Source: Hamiltosporidium tvaerminnensis FI-OER-3-3
Taxonomy: Eukaryota; Fungi; Microsporidia
Length of the DNA stretch: 64,000 nt
Assembly: GCA_022605425.2 (NCBI GenBank)
Contig: CM061250.1
Location: 248,001 to 312,000, forward strand
Direction: 5' to 3'
Translations under genes and position numbers: made by a program
The notes under the pieces: generated by a model
What the model saw: the letters and a program-made list of their open reading frames with translations, nothing else
Database searches by the model: none
What the model was told of the DNA's origin: nothing
Part shown: positions 22,586 through 33,250 of the stretch, piece by piece
Position numbering within the stretch: position 1 is the first letter of the stretch
Layout of the letters: each line of letters starts with the position of its first letter

Positions 22586-24204
22586 TTAACACATAAATAA
22601 TATTTATTTCTTTTAATTCATCGATTTAAAAAACTTTTTGAAGTGATTAAACCACACAAAATAAAATAAAACCATTTATAATCAATTAATTAAATTTAAT
22701 TAATCATACAATATTATATTTATTACTGTTTTAATATATAAATGCGCCTGCGAATATAAACAAGTCTATATGTTATCAAATTACACCTTTAAATATTAGA
22801 AATTAGTATAGAAGTCATTATAATTAATTTTAGTTTATTTTAATAGCTGTGTATTCAAAAAGTTTAATTTAATATAAACAGGTTTTTAAAAAAAATATTT
22901 TAGAAAAAACAACCAAAATTACGACTGAAAATGTATTTTTTTTTTATTAAATGTAATCATTTCAAACTAGAAATAAGCTTTAAAAGCACATAAGCCTTAT
23001 ATTAATCTCCTTAAAATAGATAAACGAATAAACGCTTTAAATAAAGTAAAAGAATTAATAAATATTCTAAGATCAAAAGACAAGTCTCAATATCACAGAA
23101 AATATAGAAATTCAGCGGATAATTTGGTAATTGAATATGAAAAAATGTTCAGATATAAACATACCAAATAAGAATTTGTAGAAGAGCAGGCAATGCCTAT
23201 ATATCACCTACTTAAGAAATTTATATTCAACTTTATAAAACGAATCAAGAGTCACTACATGCAAAAAATCTAAGAAATTATTAATCTTTATAATTTACAC
23301 CGATTCTAATCAGTAATTATATTTGATTGCAGCTATAAAAGTCAGAATTATTTCATAAGATTCTTTTTAAAATCTTTAAAATTAAGAAATAAAAAAGAAC
23401 ACAACATATTGAAAAATAAATTATTATATTTATAAACATGGCTACAATATAACTTCTTATATGATATGAGATAAATTAAAATAAATAAATATTTTAATAT
23501 TTACTTTTAGAATCTTTAAAATTAAGAAATAAAAATAGAAACTTATATTTAGACGATAGCACTTAGACAGAAAATCAAAACATTTTAAAATAAAAAAAAG
23601 TCTGTAGCCAACACAGATTTAAGAAGAGAGCCTGGAAAGAGCATATGGTATAGCACATATAAAGCAAGAAAAACATCAACAATCCATTACACATTTATAC
23701 TAATTAGTAAAGATTTAACCAAAAAAAATATAAACTAAGTAAATCAAAACTAATAGCTAAAACAAAGTATTAACTCAAAAATATAAAAAAATGCCAAAAA
23801 AACGGGAAAAAGACACAACAAGAAAGATTTATGAAAAAACTAAGTAAGATATGACTTGTATTAAATAATTTGTAGTTTTCTTTTTTATATTCTCTTTAAA
23901 TATTCTTTTTTTTATAATTTTTATATTCTCTTTAAATATTCTTTTTTATATAATTTGTCGCTTTCTTTTTCATATAATTTGTAGTTTTATTCTTAAATAA
24001 TTTATAGTTTTATTTCGAAATAATTTATAATTTATTCCCTAATAATTTTTTTTATAATTTCTAGTTTTATTCTTAAATAATTTATAGTTTATTCCCAAAT
24101 AATTTTTTATATAATTTGTAGTTTATTCTCCAAATATTTTTCAACTAAAATTTACTTTATTTCCAAATAATTTTTAATAAATGTAATTATAAAAATATTT
24201 TATT

Positions 24205-27200
24205 ATAACTTAACACCCTATAAATCACCATTCTTCAATCCTACTTAAAACCTCTTCACTTCTCTTAATACCCCTCTCAACCTCAAAAATTATCCCTTTA
24301 ATTAAATTAAACTCTTTTTCCATTTTTAAAACCCCCATCACTTCAATTAAATCTTTCCATTCATTTTTCCATTTAATTATCCCTTTAACACACTCATCTA
24401 CTCTCTTTTTAACACCCCCAATACCTCTCTTTCTTCCTCCTTCACTCACACCACTAAAACTACTTATAGACACATCATCTACACCAATTCCCATTTCTAT
24501 ACCTTTTTGTATTCTTTCAAATAACCTGTCCACCTTTTCTACCACTTTATTCACACTAATTCTTATTTTTTCTATTTCTTCTACACTCTTACTAAAATAT
24601 CCTTTTAATTCAACAACAAACCTTTCCATAGAAATACCATTAACACCCTGTTGTATAGTATTATTGTTATTAAAGGGGTGTTGTATAGTATTATTGTTAT
24701 TAAAGGGGTGTTGTATAGTATTATTGTTATTAAAGGGGTGTTGTTCATTACTATCTATATTAACACCCCTATTATTACTACTATCATCATTAACACCCTG
24801 TTGTATAGTATTATTGTTATTAACACCCCTATAATTACTACTATCAATATTAACACCCTGTTGTATACTATTATTGTTATTAACACCCTGTTGTTCATTA
24901 GTACTAATATTAACACCATATTGTTTATCAGATGGCTTATTAACACCCTGTTGTTCATTAGTATATATATTAACACCCCTATAGTTACTACTATCTATAT
25001 TATCACCCCTATAGTTACTACTATCTATATTAACACCCCCTACCTCCCTACAACCCTTTATAATATAATAACTCTCCATAAATTTACCAGCCTTATTAAA
25101 ATAATAAACACATTCTTCTTTATCATTGAAATACCTTTTCATAATATAACCAACACCTTCATATTTCTTGTTATTTAAAAGGTATGAAATTAAAAGACAT
25201 AAAAAATTATTTAAAGGTAAATTTATAAGACTGGAATATGTTTGTATATCTTCATTAGAATAACACACCTTTACAAAAGTAAAAGGTAAGTCAATACTAT
25301 TATTAATATTGGTTATATTACTACTATTAGTATTATTACTAATATTGTTTATATTAGTAATCTTTTTATTATTAATATTATTACTATTCTCACCTTTACT
25401 ATTACTATTCTCACCTTTACTATTATTATTCTCACTTTTATTGTTACTATTCTCACCTTTATTATTCTCTTCACTATTCCTCCTTTTTCTTAGTACCTTG
25501 TAGTGTCTAATACACTCTTCCCAGTAAAACAACTCAAAAGATAAAATAAAAGTTTTTTTTAAATTTTTAATTTTAAAATAAATTTTATAAGAGTCTTCTT
25601 TAGATAGGGTGTTAGCATATAAATTATAGAAATAACCAGGTTCTCTATTTATAAAGGGTGGGGTGTTATTACAGGGGGAAATGTAAAATGAATGGTTAAA
25701 GTATTTTTTTAAACAAAGAGGGAATAAAGGGTTATAAATGTATGGAGTGTTATTAGGGGGGTGTTGTATAGTATTGATATTAAGAGGGTGTTGTTCATTA
25801 GTACTGTTATTAAGAGGGTGTTGTTCATTGGTATTGTTGTTAAGAGGGTGTTGTTCATTAGTACTGTTATTAAGAGGGTGTTGTTCATTGGTATTGTTGT
25901 TAAGAGGGTGTTGTTCATTAGTACTGTTATTAAGAGGGTGTTGTTCATTGGTATTGTTGTTAAGAGGGTGTTGTTCATTGGTATTGTTGTTAAGAGGGTG
26001 TTGTTCATTGGTACTCTTATTAAGGGGGTGTTGTTCATTGGTACTGTTATTAAGAGGGTGTTGTTTATACGGAGTGTTGTTAGTAACACCCTGTTGATCA
26101 TGGGCACAGTTACTAGTGTTATTAACACCCTGTTGTTTATTAATACTGTTGTTAACACCCTTTATATCATACTCCTTATCATTAACACCCTTACAATCAC
26201 CTATATCATTAAAACCCTTACAATCACCTATATCATTATCACCTGTTAAATCACCTACTTCATTATACAGACTATCATATTTTAAAGATGAAATGTATAA
26301 ATTATTTCTTTTAATATATTCTTGTTCTTTAATTTTATCATTTATAAGTAATAAATAATACAAAGAAATTTCTTTTCTACCGAGATAATCATTAATAAGG
26401 AATTTTTCATATGAAGAACAATAAGTATCATTAGTAGTGTTACTAGAGGGGTGTTGTTCATTAGTAGTCTTATTAAAGGGGGGTTGTTCATGAGTAGTAT
26501 TGTTAACACCCTGCTGTATATTAGATAGATTGTTAACACCCTGTTGTATATCAGATAGATTGTTAACACCCTGTTGTTTATTAGTACTGTTACTAACACC
26601 CTGCTGTATATTAGATACATGGTTAACACCCTGTTGTATATTAGATACATGGTTAACACCCTGTTGTATATCAGATAGATTGTTAACACCCTGTTGTTCA
26701 TTAGTAGTATTGTTAACACCCTCTACCACACTACTATTATAATTAACCTCCTTTACCACACTACTAATATTATTAACACCCTCTACCATATCTCTGTTAC
26801 CCTTTAACACTTCATTATATATTAAAGGATCTTCATTACAATACTCTGCCAATTCTATCACAAGTCTCTTATTATAACACCCCATACCTTCTCTAAAGAT
26901 ATCATGGTATGATAAATAAGAAGAAAGAATTTTAACACAATTTTTTAGTTTTTTTAATTTGTAAGAAAAAATAAGTGCTGTGTCTACTTTTCCTATAAAA
27001 TGTAAAATAACAATTATTGAGTTAAAATCTTCTATTTTGTTTAAATTTAAAAGGAATTTAAAGATAAATAAGTTTATATCAGTAAAGGGTGTTATATATA
27101 AGGATGTGTAATAAGGGGTATTAAGAGGGTGTTGTGTAATAGGACTCGTATTAAGAGGGTGATAATTATTAGATAGATTGTTAAAGGGGTGTTGTTCATC

Positions 27201-28020
27201 AGAGATAGTGTTTACACCCTTTATATTACTACTGTTACTAAAACCCCTTAATTTCATATCCATATCCTCTCCTTCATTAACACCCTTTATATCACTACCC
27301 TTGTCATTAACACCCTTTATATCAACACCCTTATCATTAACACCCCCACACCTGTTATTCATAGAACTATAATCTGTGTAAATAACACCTAAAAGACAAT
27401 CATTACATAAAGGGGTGTTATTCTTCTTATCAAGCATATTATAAATTTCCAAGAAAATATCAGTAATAAGACTGTTAACCATAAGACTATCCTTATCACT
27501 AGTATAACAACACTTAGAATTAACTATTCGACATGAAAATAATAATTCTTTAATATTAATATTATTATTAAATAACACACTATAATTTAAAGAATATGTA
27601 TTTATAAGTGTAATAGCTGCTTCATATTTATTCTTTAAAATATAATTTTTAATTTTTTCTGTTACTAAAGTCTTGGGTGTTAATGATTCTATACTTCCAC
27701 GTATTATATAGGAAATAAGAGTGGTGTTATTTCTTATACAGAGGATGTATGGGGTGTTATCTGATGGAAGTGTTTCTATTAAGTTTAAAGGGTCTAATTT
27801 ATAGATACTGTAAGTATGTTTAGAGGATGTTATTAAGTAGGTGTTATTTGTAATAAAAGAAAGGGTGTTAGGTATAAGGGTAGTAGTAGGGGTGTTATCT
27901 GAAGGGAATGTGGTAGGGGTGTTAGATAAAAGGGTTGTAGTAGGGGTGTTAGATATTGAGTTAGTAGTAGGGGTGTTAATAATGGTACTACTAGTAGGGG
28001 TGTTAGTTATAGTATTGGCT
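24205..28020. repeat. Dispersed and tandem GGGTGTTA/TAACACCC motif arrays (mostly 30-bp units) within the 3' two-thirds of ELP1
   Basis: e.g. 25780-26060 (NEQHPLNN(S/N)T x~9), 26500-26720 (QQGVN x~7), 24640-25040, 27840-28010 (NTPTT). Confidence 0.95.
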
Positions 28021-30149
28021 TCTATGTTAATAATATGTAATTGGTTGTTAATTAATGCGAGTAAAACATTTTTATGCAAATAAATTTGAAAATGCATTGT
28101 TTTTATGCATGGAAGTATAAAAGAAATATTTTTATGCATAAACAGATGGTTGGTGGTGAGGAGAGACAATGAATTTTGAAAATTAAACATTTTAAGAATT
28201 GAAGAATTTTCTTTTTTTAAATATATTGTGTCATCTATAACTAATAGTTGGGAAAATGTGTTTGAAATGTTTTTTTTATCTGTGTTAGGTATCTTTTGAG
28301 TAATTATAGGATGTTTTAGTGCGGTAAAGGATTTTTGTGTGGAATTACAGTTACAATTTATTTTTTTATTTGAAATATTTATTATTTGACAAGAACAAGG
28401 ATCTGTATAAGGAATGGTTATAATAGAATCAATTGAAAGAGTATCGTTTTCTATTTTTATTGTTTCTATAAAATAAGAAATTTTAGGTGAAATAAGTGAA
28501 GAGGAATTGATTAAAACAGAATCTGATTTGGTTTCTGAATCTTTAGAATATATTGTAGAGATTTGATCGTTGGAATTTATTGTAGAGACGGAAGAAATTG
28601 AATCCGATTTGGTTTCTGAATCTTTAGAATTTATTATAGAGATTTGATCGTTGGAATTTATTGTAGAGACGGAAGAAATTGAATCCGATTTGGTTTTTGA
28701 ATCCACTTCATATTTAGTTTTAGAATCTTCAGAATATATTGCAGCGACAGAAGGAATAGATAGAGGATTGTTTGAATCCACTTCATATTTAGTTTTAGAA
28801 TCTTCAGAATATATTGCAGCGACAGAAGGAATAGATAGAGGATTGTTTGAATCCACTTCACATTTAGTTTTAGCATCTTCAGAATTTATTGCAGCGACAA
28901 AAGGAATAGATAGAGAATTGTTTGAATCTAATTCATATTTAGTGTTTGAATCTTCTGAGTTTATTGTAGAAGTCAAAACAAATATTTTGTGATTTGAAAA
29001 ACAAATGTCTATAACGTTATAAGAAAGAGAAATGCTACTTGAAGAAAACGGTGGTGGAATAATTTTGTTCTGATAATTGTAAAAATATATATTTTTACCA
29101 TTTATGACACCAAATTGTGTGTCTTGAGAAGTAATTTCTTTGTAAAAATAATATTTTATAATTTTATTTTCACTTTTTAAAAAAATAATATTTTTATGAA
29201 TTGAAAGAAATTTTTGTGTTTTGGGAACAAATTTATGAATTTTAAGGTACCATTTAAAATTTGATAAGAAAAATATTTTAAATTCGTTAAATTCTTTAAG
29301 ATGGTTGAATACTAAAAGTAAATTGGAATCGATATAAGAAATGTGTGTGTTGTGTGTTTTTAGAGGAGAATGATGTAGAAGCCCGTTTGGTTCTATAAAA
29401 TATATAATTTCTGGTGAAGAAAGAGCAAATGTATTATATTTTGAATTCCAAGAAATTGAACCGGTGGGTTTGAAATTTAAAGATACGGAAATATTTTCTA
29501 ATTCTGTGTTATATATTAATATTTGAGTGTTAAAAATTATTGCGAATTTATTTTGATCGGACCATTCTAAGTTTATAAAAGTTTCTTCGGTAGTAAATAT
29601 ATGATTTGTATCAATATATTTATTTGGAAGTATAGTATCTGACAAAATATGTGTATTTTTTAAAATTTCAAAATTCTCATTCAAAAGATATATTTCCTTG
29701 TTCTGAAGAAGAATTACACAATATTTTTGTGATGGACTGAATCTACAAAGAATAATTTTATGTTCAAAAGTTCCTATTTCTGTGATTTTGTTGAGTTTTT
29801 TATGAATAAGAAATATTGAGTTTGTATTAGAAATAAGAAAGTAAAAATATTTTGAATTGAAAAAATATTCAATTTTTAAAGATGAATTAAGTTCAGTATT
29901 TGGCATGTTTTCTTCGTAGGATTTTTTTGATTTTATTATTTCTGAAATTTTAGAATTCTCGTTTTTGATTTCTTTTTGTGAATTATTTGAATGAATAATT
30001 GTTGATTTGAACGTTTCCAAGTCACATAATATTTCTAAGTCTGATATAGAAAGTATTTTATTGTCAATAAGTATAGATTTATTAGAATATAAAAAATCTT
30101 TTGATTTTAATTCTACTATTTTAGAATTTCTTATAAAAAAATTTTCCAT
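24225..30149 (-). CDS. ELP1: Elongator subunit Elp1 (Iki3/IKAP), expanded by multiple in-frame repeat arrays
   Basis: Elp1 motifs IEPNGLLH, NFKWYLK, IIPPPF, RGSIESLTPKTLV, EDPLIY, KFLINDYLG; likely start is the ATG at 30149, which follows CCCCAAAAAA (the ORF-track start at 30170 is TTG). Confidence 0.85.
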   Translation of the reverse strand: MENFFIRNSKIVELKSKDFLYSNKSILIDNKILSISDLEILCDLETFKSTIIHSNNSQKEIKNENSKISEIIKSKKSYEENMPNTELNSSLKIEYFFNSKYFYFLISNTNSIFLIHKKLNKITEIGTFEHKIILCRFSPSQKYCVILLQNKEIYLLNENFEILKNTHILSDTILPNKYIDTNHIFTTEETFINLEWSDQNKFAIIFNTQILIYNTELENISVSLNFKPTGSISWNSKYNTFALSSPEIIYFIEPNGLLHHSPLKTHNTHISYIDSNLLLVFNHLKEFNEFKIFFLSNFKWYLKIHKFVPKTQKFLSIHKNIIFLKSENKIIKYYFYKEITSQDTQFGVINGKNIYFYNYQNKIIPPPFSSSSISLSYNVIDICFSNHKIFVLTSTINSEDSNTKYELDSNNSLSIPFVAAINSEDAKTKCEVDSNNPLSIPSVAAIYSEDSKTKYEVDSNNPLSIPSVAAIYSEDSKTKYEVDSKTKSDSISSVSTINSNDQISIINSKDSETKSDSISSVSTINSNDQISTIYSKDSETKSDSVLINSSSLISPKISYFIETIKIENDTLSIDSIITIPYTDPCSCQIINISNKKINCNCNSTQKSFTALKHPIITQKIPNTDKKNISNTFSQLLVIDDTIYLKKENSSILKMFNFQNSLSLLTTNHLFMHKNISFILPCIKTMHFQIYLHKNVLLALINNQLHIINIEANTITNTPTSSTIINTPTTNSISNTPTTTLLSNTPTTFPSDNTPTTTLIPNTLSFITNNTYLITSSKHTYSIYKLDPLNLIETLPSDNTPYILCIRNNTTLISYIIRGSIESLTPKTLVTEKIKNYILKNKYEAAITLINTYSLNYSVLFNNNINIKELLFSCRIVNSKCCYTSDKDSLMVNSLITDIFLEIYNMLDKKNNTPLCNDCLLGVIYTDYSSMNNRCGGVNDKGVDIKGVNDKGSDIKGVNEGEDMDMKLRGFSNSSNIKGVNTISDEQHPFNNLSNNYHPLNTSPITQHPLNTPYYTSLYITPFTDINLFIFKFLLNLNKIEDFNSIIVILHFIGKVDTALIFSYKLKKLKNCVKILSSYLSYHDIFREGMGCYNKRLVIELAEYCNEDPLIYNEVLKGNRDMVEGVNNISSVVKEVNYNSSVVEGVNNTTNEQQGVNNLSDIQQGVNHVSNIQQGVNHVSNIQQGVSNSTNKQQGVNNLSDIQQGVNNLSNIQQGVNNTTHEQPPFNKTTNEQHPSSNTTNDTYCSSYEKFLINDYLGRKEISLYYLLLINDKIKEQEYIKRNNLYISSLKYDSLYNEVGDLTGDNDIGDCKGFNDIGDCKGVNDKEYDIKGVNNSINKQQGVNNTSNCAHDQQGVTNNTPYKQHPLNNSTNEQHPLNKSTNEQHPLNNNTNEQHPLNNNTNEQHPLNNSTNEQHPLNNNTNEQHPLNNSTNEQHPLNNNTNEQHPLNNSTNEQHPLNINTIQHPPNNTPYIYNPLFPLCLKKYFNHSFYISPCNNTPPFINREPGYFYNLYANTLSKEDSYKIYFKIKNLKKTFILSFELFYWEECIRHYKVLRKRRNSEENNKGENSNNKSENNNSKGENSNSKGENSNNINNKKITNINNISNNTNSSNITNINNSIDLPFTFVKVCYSNEDIQTYSSLINLPLNNFLCLLISYLLNNKKYEGVGYIMKRYFNDKEECVYYFNKAGKFMESYYIIKGCREVGGVNIDSSNYRGDNIDSSNYRGVNIYTNEQQGVNKPSDKQYGVNISTNEQQGVNNNNSIQQGVNIDSSNYRGVNNNNTIQQGVNDDSSNNRGVNIDSNEQHPFNNNNTIQHPFNNNNTIQHPFNNNNTIQQGVNGISMERFVVELKGYFSKSVEEIEKIRISVNKVVEKVDRLFERIQKGIEMGIGVDDVSISSFSGVSEGGRKRGIGGVKKRVDECVKGIIKWKNEWKDLIEVMGVLKMEKEFNLIKGIIFEVERGIKRSEEVLSRIEEW
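28515..28975 (-). repeat. In-frame ~75-81-bp tandem repeats in the Elp1 beta-propeller region
   Basis: SED(S/A)KTK(Y/C)EVDSNNPLSIPSVAAI x~3.5 and SDSISSVSTINSNDQIS..SKDSETK x2; these lack the GGGTGTTA motif. Confidence 0.9.
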
Positions 30150-30159
30150 TTTTTTGGGG
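30150..30159 (-). promoter_or_regulatory. Microsporidian CCC-like start-proximal motif (example at ELP1; also at LUC7, PRE1, NSE3, SEC15 and BPL)
   Basis: ccccaaaaaaATG (ELP1), acccatatATG (LUC7), acccATG (PRE1), ccctaaaaaaATG (NSE3), cccatATG (SEC15), ccctttcattaaaatataaATG (BPL). Confidence 0.75.
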
Positions 30160-30409
30160 CTAAAGATCAAACAAAATCTAAAAACGAATTCTTTCTTGGT
30201 TGTTTAGATTAACATGAAATTTTATAAGATTTTTTTAAATTATAATAATCGTTTTATTAATAATATTACATTTGAATATAAGAAAGGAACATAATATAGA
30301 CATATGTAATTGTGTGAGAAACATACTAAAAACTATTTTTTGTTGGAATCATTTAAGTCGAATTCGTTTGGAAAATTATTGTTATAATTAATAGAATGAA
30401 AAATTCATT

Positions 30410-31220
30410 ACATTTTTAGTTTTCCCATGAGATTTTTATGAGAAATAAAAAGTCTACGAAATGACGATAATTTTTCTAAAAACTTATTTCTTGGTTCTGT
30501 TACTAAATAGATAACAGACTTATGCCAAACCCGTGTTTAATTGCCATGTAAAAGCATAGAAACCTAGCCTTGCCCACTTGGGTTAGAAGAATTAACGTCT
30601 GAGAGATACAAAAACATTCTCTTAAAAAGACAAGAGACTTCAGTAGCAGTTATATATTTTAGAACGACATTCCTAAATCTGAGAAAAATTTCTGTTGGTA
30701 TGTTTTGGAGTAAAAATTTCGAGAAAAAATTAAACATTTAAATTGAAATAAATCTCTATTCCATCAAAAAACATGCACGGACAGCCAAACGAAAGAAAGC
30801 CAGGATTATTGGATAAAAATCATAATGGCTATTTCTTATAATATTTTTTTCGTGGCAAACGACGGGTTCTCTAGCCGGAATTCCGACAATATGAAATTTT
30901 AACATTTAGGTTGACCTAATATAGTTAGTCAAAATATTTTTGAGAATAAATTTTATTCGTTCGCAAAATTTATAGTGAATCCAATGCTTTGGTCTTAAAA
31001 AATTCCAAAATTGGTTTTGAATTTCATTCACATTCCTAACACCAAATATTGCCGAATCTGGACTATCTTCTCGCCGATAAATAGGTTCTACGTACCTTTT
31101 AGATGGAAATCCTTGAATTTAAAAGTCGTAGGAAATACTGGGGATGGATTGGAAAGCAATAATCTATGTAATACCTAGATTTGGGTTGGTTTTAAGCAAA
31201 TAATACAGCATATATCACTT
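30410..31220 (+). mobile_element. Degenerate copy of the 720-bp SINE-like family, apparently interrupted at ~30660-30880
   Basis: 'aattgccatgtaaaagcatagaaacctagccttgcccacttgggttagaag' at ~30539-30589; later 'ataggttctac...tagatggaa'. Confidence 0.7.
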
Positions 31221-31276
31221 TTATAGGGAGTACTAATTATGGAATTGTGTTCCCCTTTACGGAGATTTTAAAATGG

Positions 31277-31507
31277 ATCATCATCGGCACTACAGCCCTG
31301 TATGAGCCTTGGCTGCCTTCAAGTAATATTGCCTTCACTGGTTTTTTAACAGTGGGTTTGTTTAGTTTTTCGGGTTTCGTAACAAAGTGGTTTTAAAGAA
31401 TGGGTTGATCGCCCTACGCTCAACCCCACACCAGAGGACCAATCCCTATTAGTTCGCTCTTGCGACAAGCAAAGAATAGTTCAAGCCAATTCTGCACCCG
31501 GCATGAT
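31277..31507 (-). mobile_element. ~230-bp RTE-type bipartite non-autonomous retroelement
   Basis: Reverse complement of 58400-58632; ends gccaaggctcatacagggctgtagtgccGATGATGAT, like RTE 3' tails; contains ggtcctc..ggggttgagcgtagggc..aaccc..gttacgaaacc, like RTE 5' UTRs (recall-based). Confidence 0.75.
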
Positions 31508-32779
31508 CTAAAGCTGTTTTACAAATACAAAGACGAATTTGTTAGAATTAATGTAAAAATCTCTTTCATTAAATGTTTACATCCCGAATAATAATTCAAT
31601 TAAAACTTATGCGTCGAGCAATATCTTTCAATTATAAATCAAATTAAGTTAAACAATTTCTAATAAAAAGAACAATAAAGTTATATTATGATTGACTTAA
31701 ATAAAACATCGTTCCATTTAGGCAAACTGTTTTTTCAGGCAATTGGAAAGCCTAAAAACTTAAATCAATCAATAAAAAAGCGAAATATAATAAAAACAAA
31801 TGATAAAATTAAATGAGCAAGAAATAAATAATTAGCCAGAGATGCAAAAAAACAGAGTAAAGTAACAAGAACAAAGATCAATATGCCAGTAAAAAATATT
31901 TTCTATTCATTAAAAAATGGCACAAATACAAAAAAAAAGCAGACATAAAAAAATCATTCTGGGTAACATATCATGCGACTATTTAAAAGTCTAATTGATA
32001 ATCTTGAGAGATTATGGTTCATATAATAAAGTTCAAGATAATTATTATATACAGTCATGTTTCTTTTTTTAAATGAAATTGGTTCCATTCCACATCCTCA
32101 GAACAGAAAAATTAAAATATGTTAAGAACGCGGGGAATAAATGCTTGTTATAAGCTATAAAAGCTTTATTAACAAAAAATTTCTCGGTGATGAATTTGAT
32201 TTCTAAAATCTTAACATTTATCTGTTGGATTTTAAATATTAAGGTATTTAAAAAAAAACAAAAACTGGTATTCTTCTTCAGGATTGATTACTTAACTCTT
32301 TAAAACATAGAATGAAATTATTATTTTACTAAATCAATTCACTATTAGAAATAAAACAAGAAATAAATAATACTTTTGAATTTTGTTTGAGTGTGATGTT
32401 ATTATAAAAAGATTCGTAAGTTACTTTTGTTATGAAAATATAAAATGGAAATACGAGTGTGATAATAAATGATATATTAATTTTTGTATAAAATATGGAT
32501 TAATATTCTTTTTCGCTCGTTATAAATTTTCTTCTACCTCCTCATATATTCTTTTTAGTTTTCTAAATCCAACCTTTTCTTAGGTTTATTGTCATCGCCT
32601 CTAGTTAGTTTATTTCCTATATGGAAACAGAGGTGTAGTATTTTTTTTTGGTTTACTGTGTTTAATATCATATTCCTTGTTGCCAATTTTTTAAACAAGG
32701 TATTGGTTTTCCATTCATTTCTGCTTTTTGTAGAACACGCACTAATGCTATATTGCATTTAATCACGTCATTTAGTCCT

Positions 32780-33250
32780 TACTCAACCAGTCTTTTTCTA
32801 CTAAATATATGGTTTTGACCATCTTCTTAAGTGATATTACCCGAATATATGTCTCTAATTTATGAATATTTGTAGTTTTTTAAAGTTTCTCGTGTAGTAT
32901 TTTTTCACAATATCGTCCCAGGGAATAAAATAAAGGTTCATAGCAACATGGTACTTATAAATAAGACATATCTTAATGGCTACAGGGTCATATTTTCTAG
33001 TTTTTCTATTTAACTCATTTAAATCAAATGCTAAAATTGATTCCAACCATAATAAGATGTATCTTATATTTTCTTTAATCTAACACAAATAGATAGGGTC
33101 TAGTATTCCGTATCTTAACTTATGTTTTTATCGTATTTCCCACTATTATTTTAGCATGCTTGATTATGAAGTTTCTTACACAGAAAGGAACCTTATTCGT
33201 TTAATTAAAATTTATATCTATTTAGGAGAACTAGGCGTAGTTATCCTGTA
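32780..33250 (-). mobile_element. Highly decayed remnant of a related RLE LINE (endonuclease C-terminus)
   Basis: ORF 32855-33046 RKYDPVA..LIYKY...IPWDDIVKKY aligns to RKYDLLA..LIYRC...MTWDGIVTKY of the 37.6-41.4 kb element. Confidence 0.65.

Noticed and set aside
23580-23850. Possible ancient LINE N-terminal remnant (RAWKEH..., ISKDL)
   Set aside because: Similarity to RSAWKEN/LSKDL is too short in A-rich sequence to call.
24205-28020. True interstitial telomeric array
   Set aside because: No tandem (TTAGGG)n or (TTAGG)n; only a resemblance of the motif core, kept as a hypothesis.
24651-28992. Many overlapping ORFs on both strands within ELP1
   Set aside because: Shadow ORFs generated by stop-poor repeat arrays; no independent coding signal.
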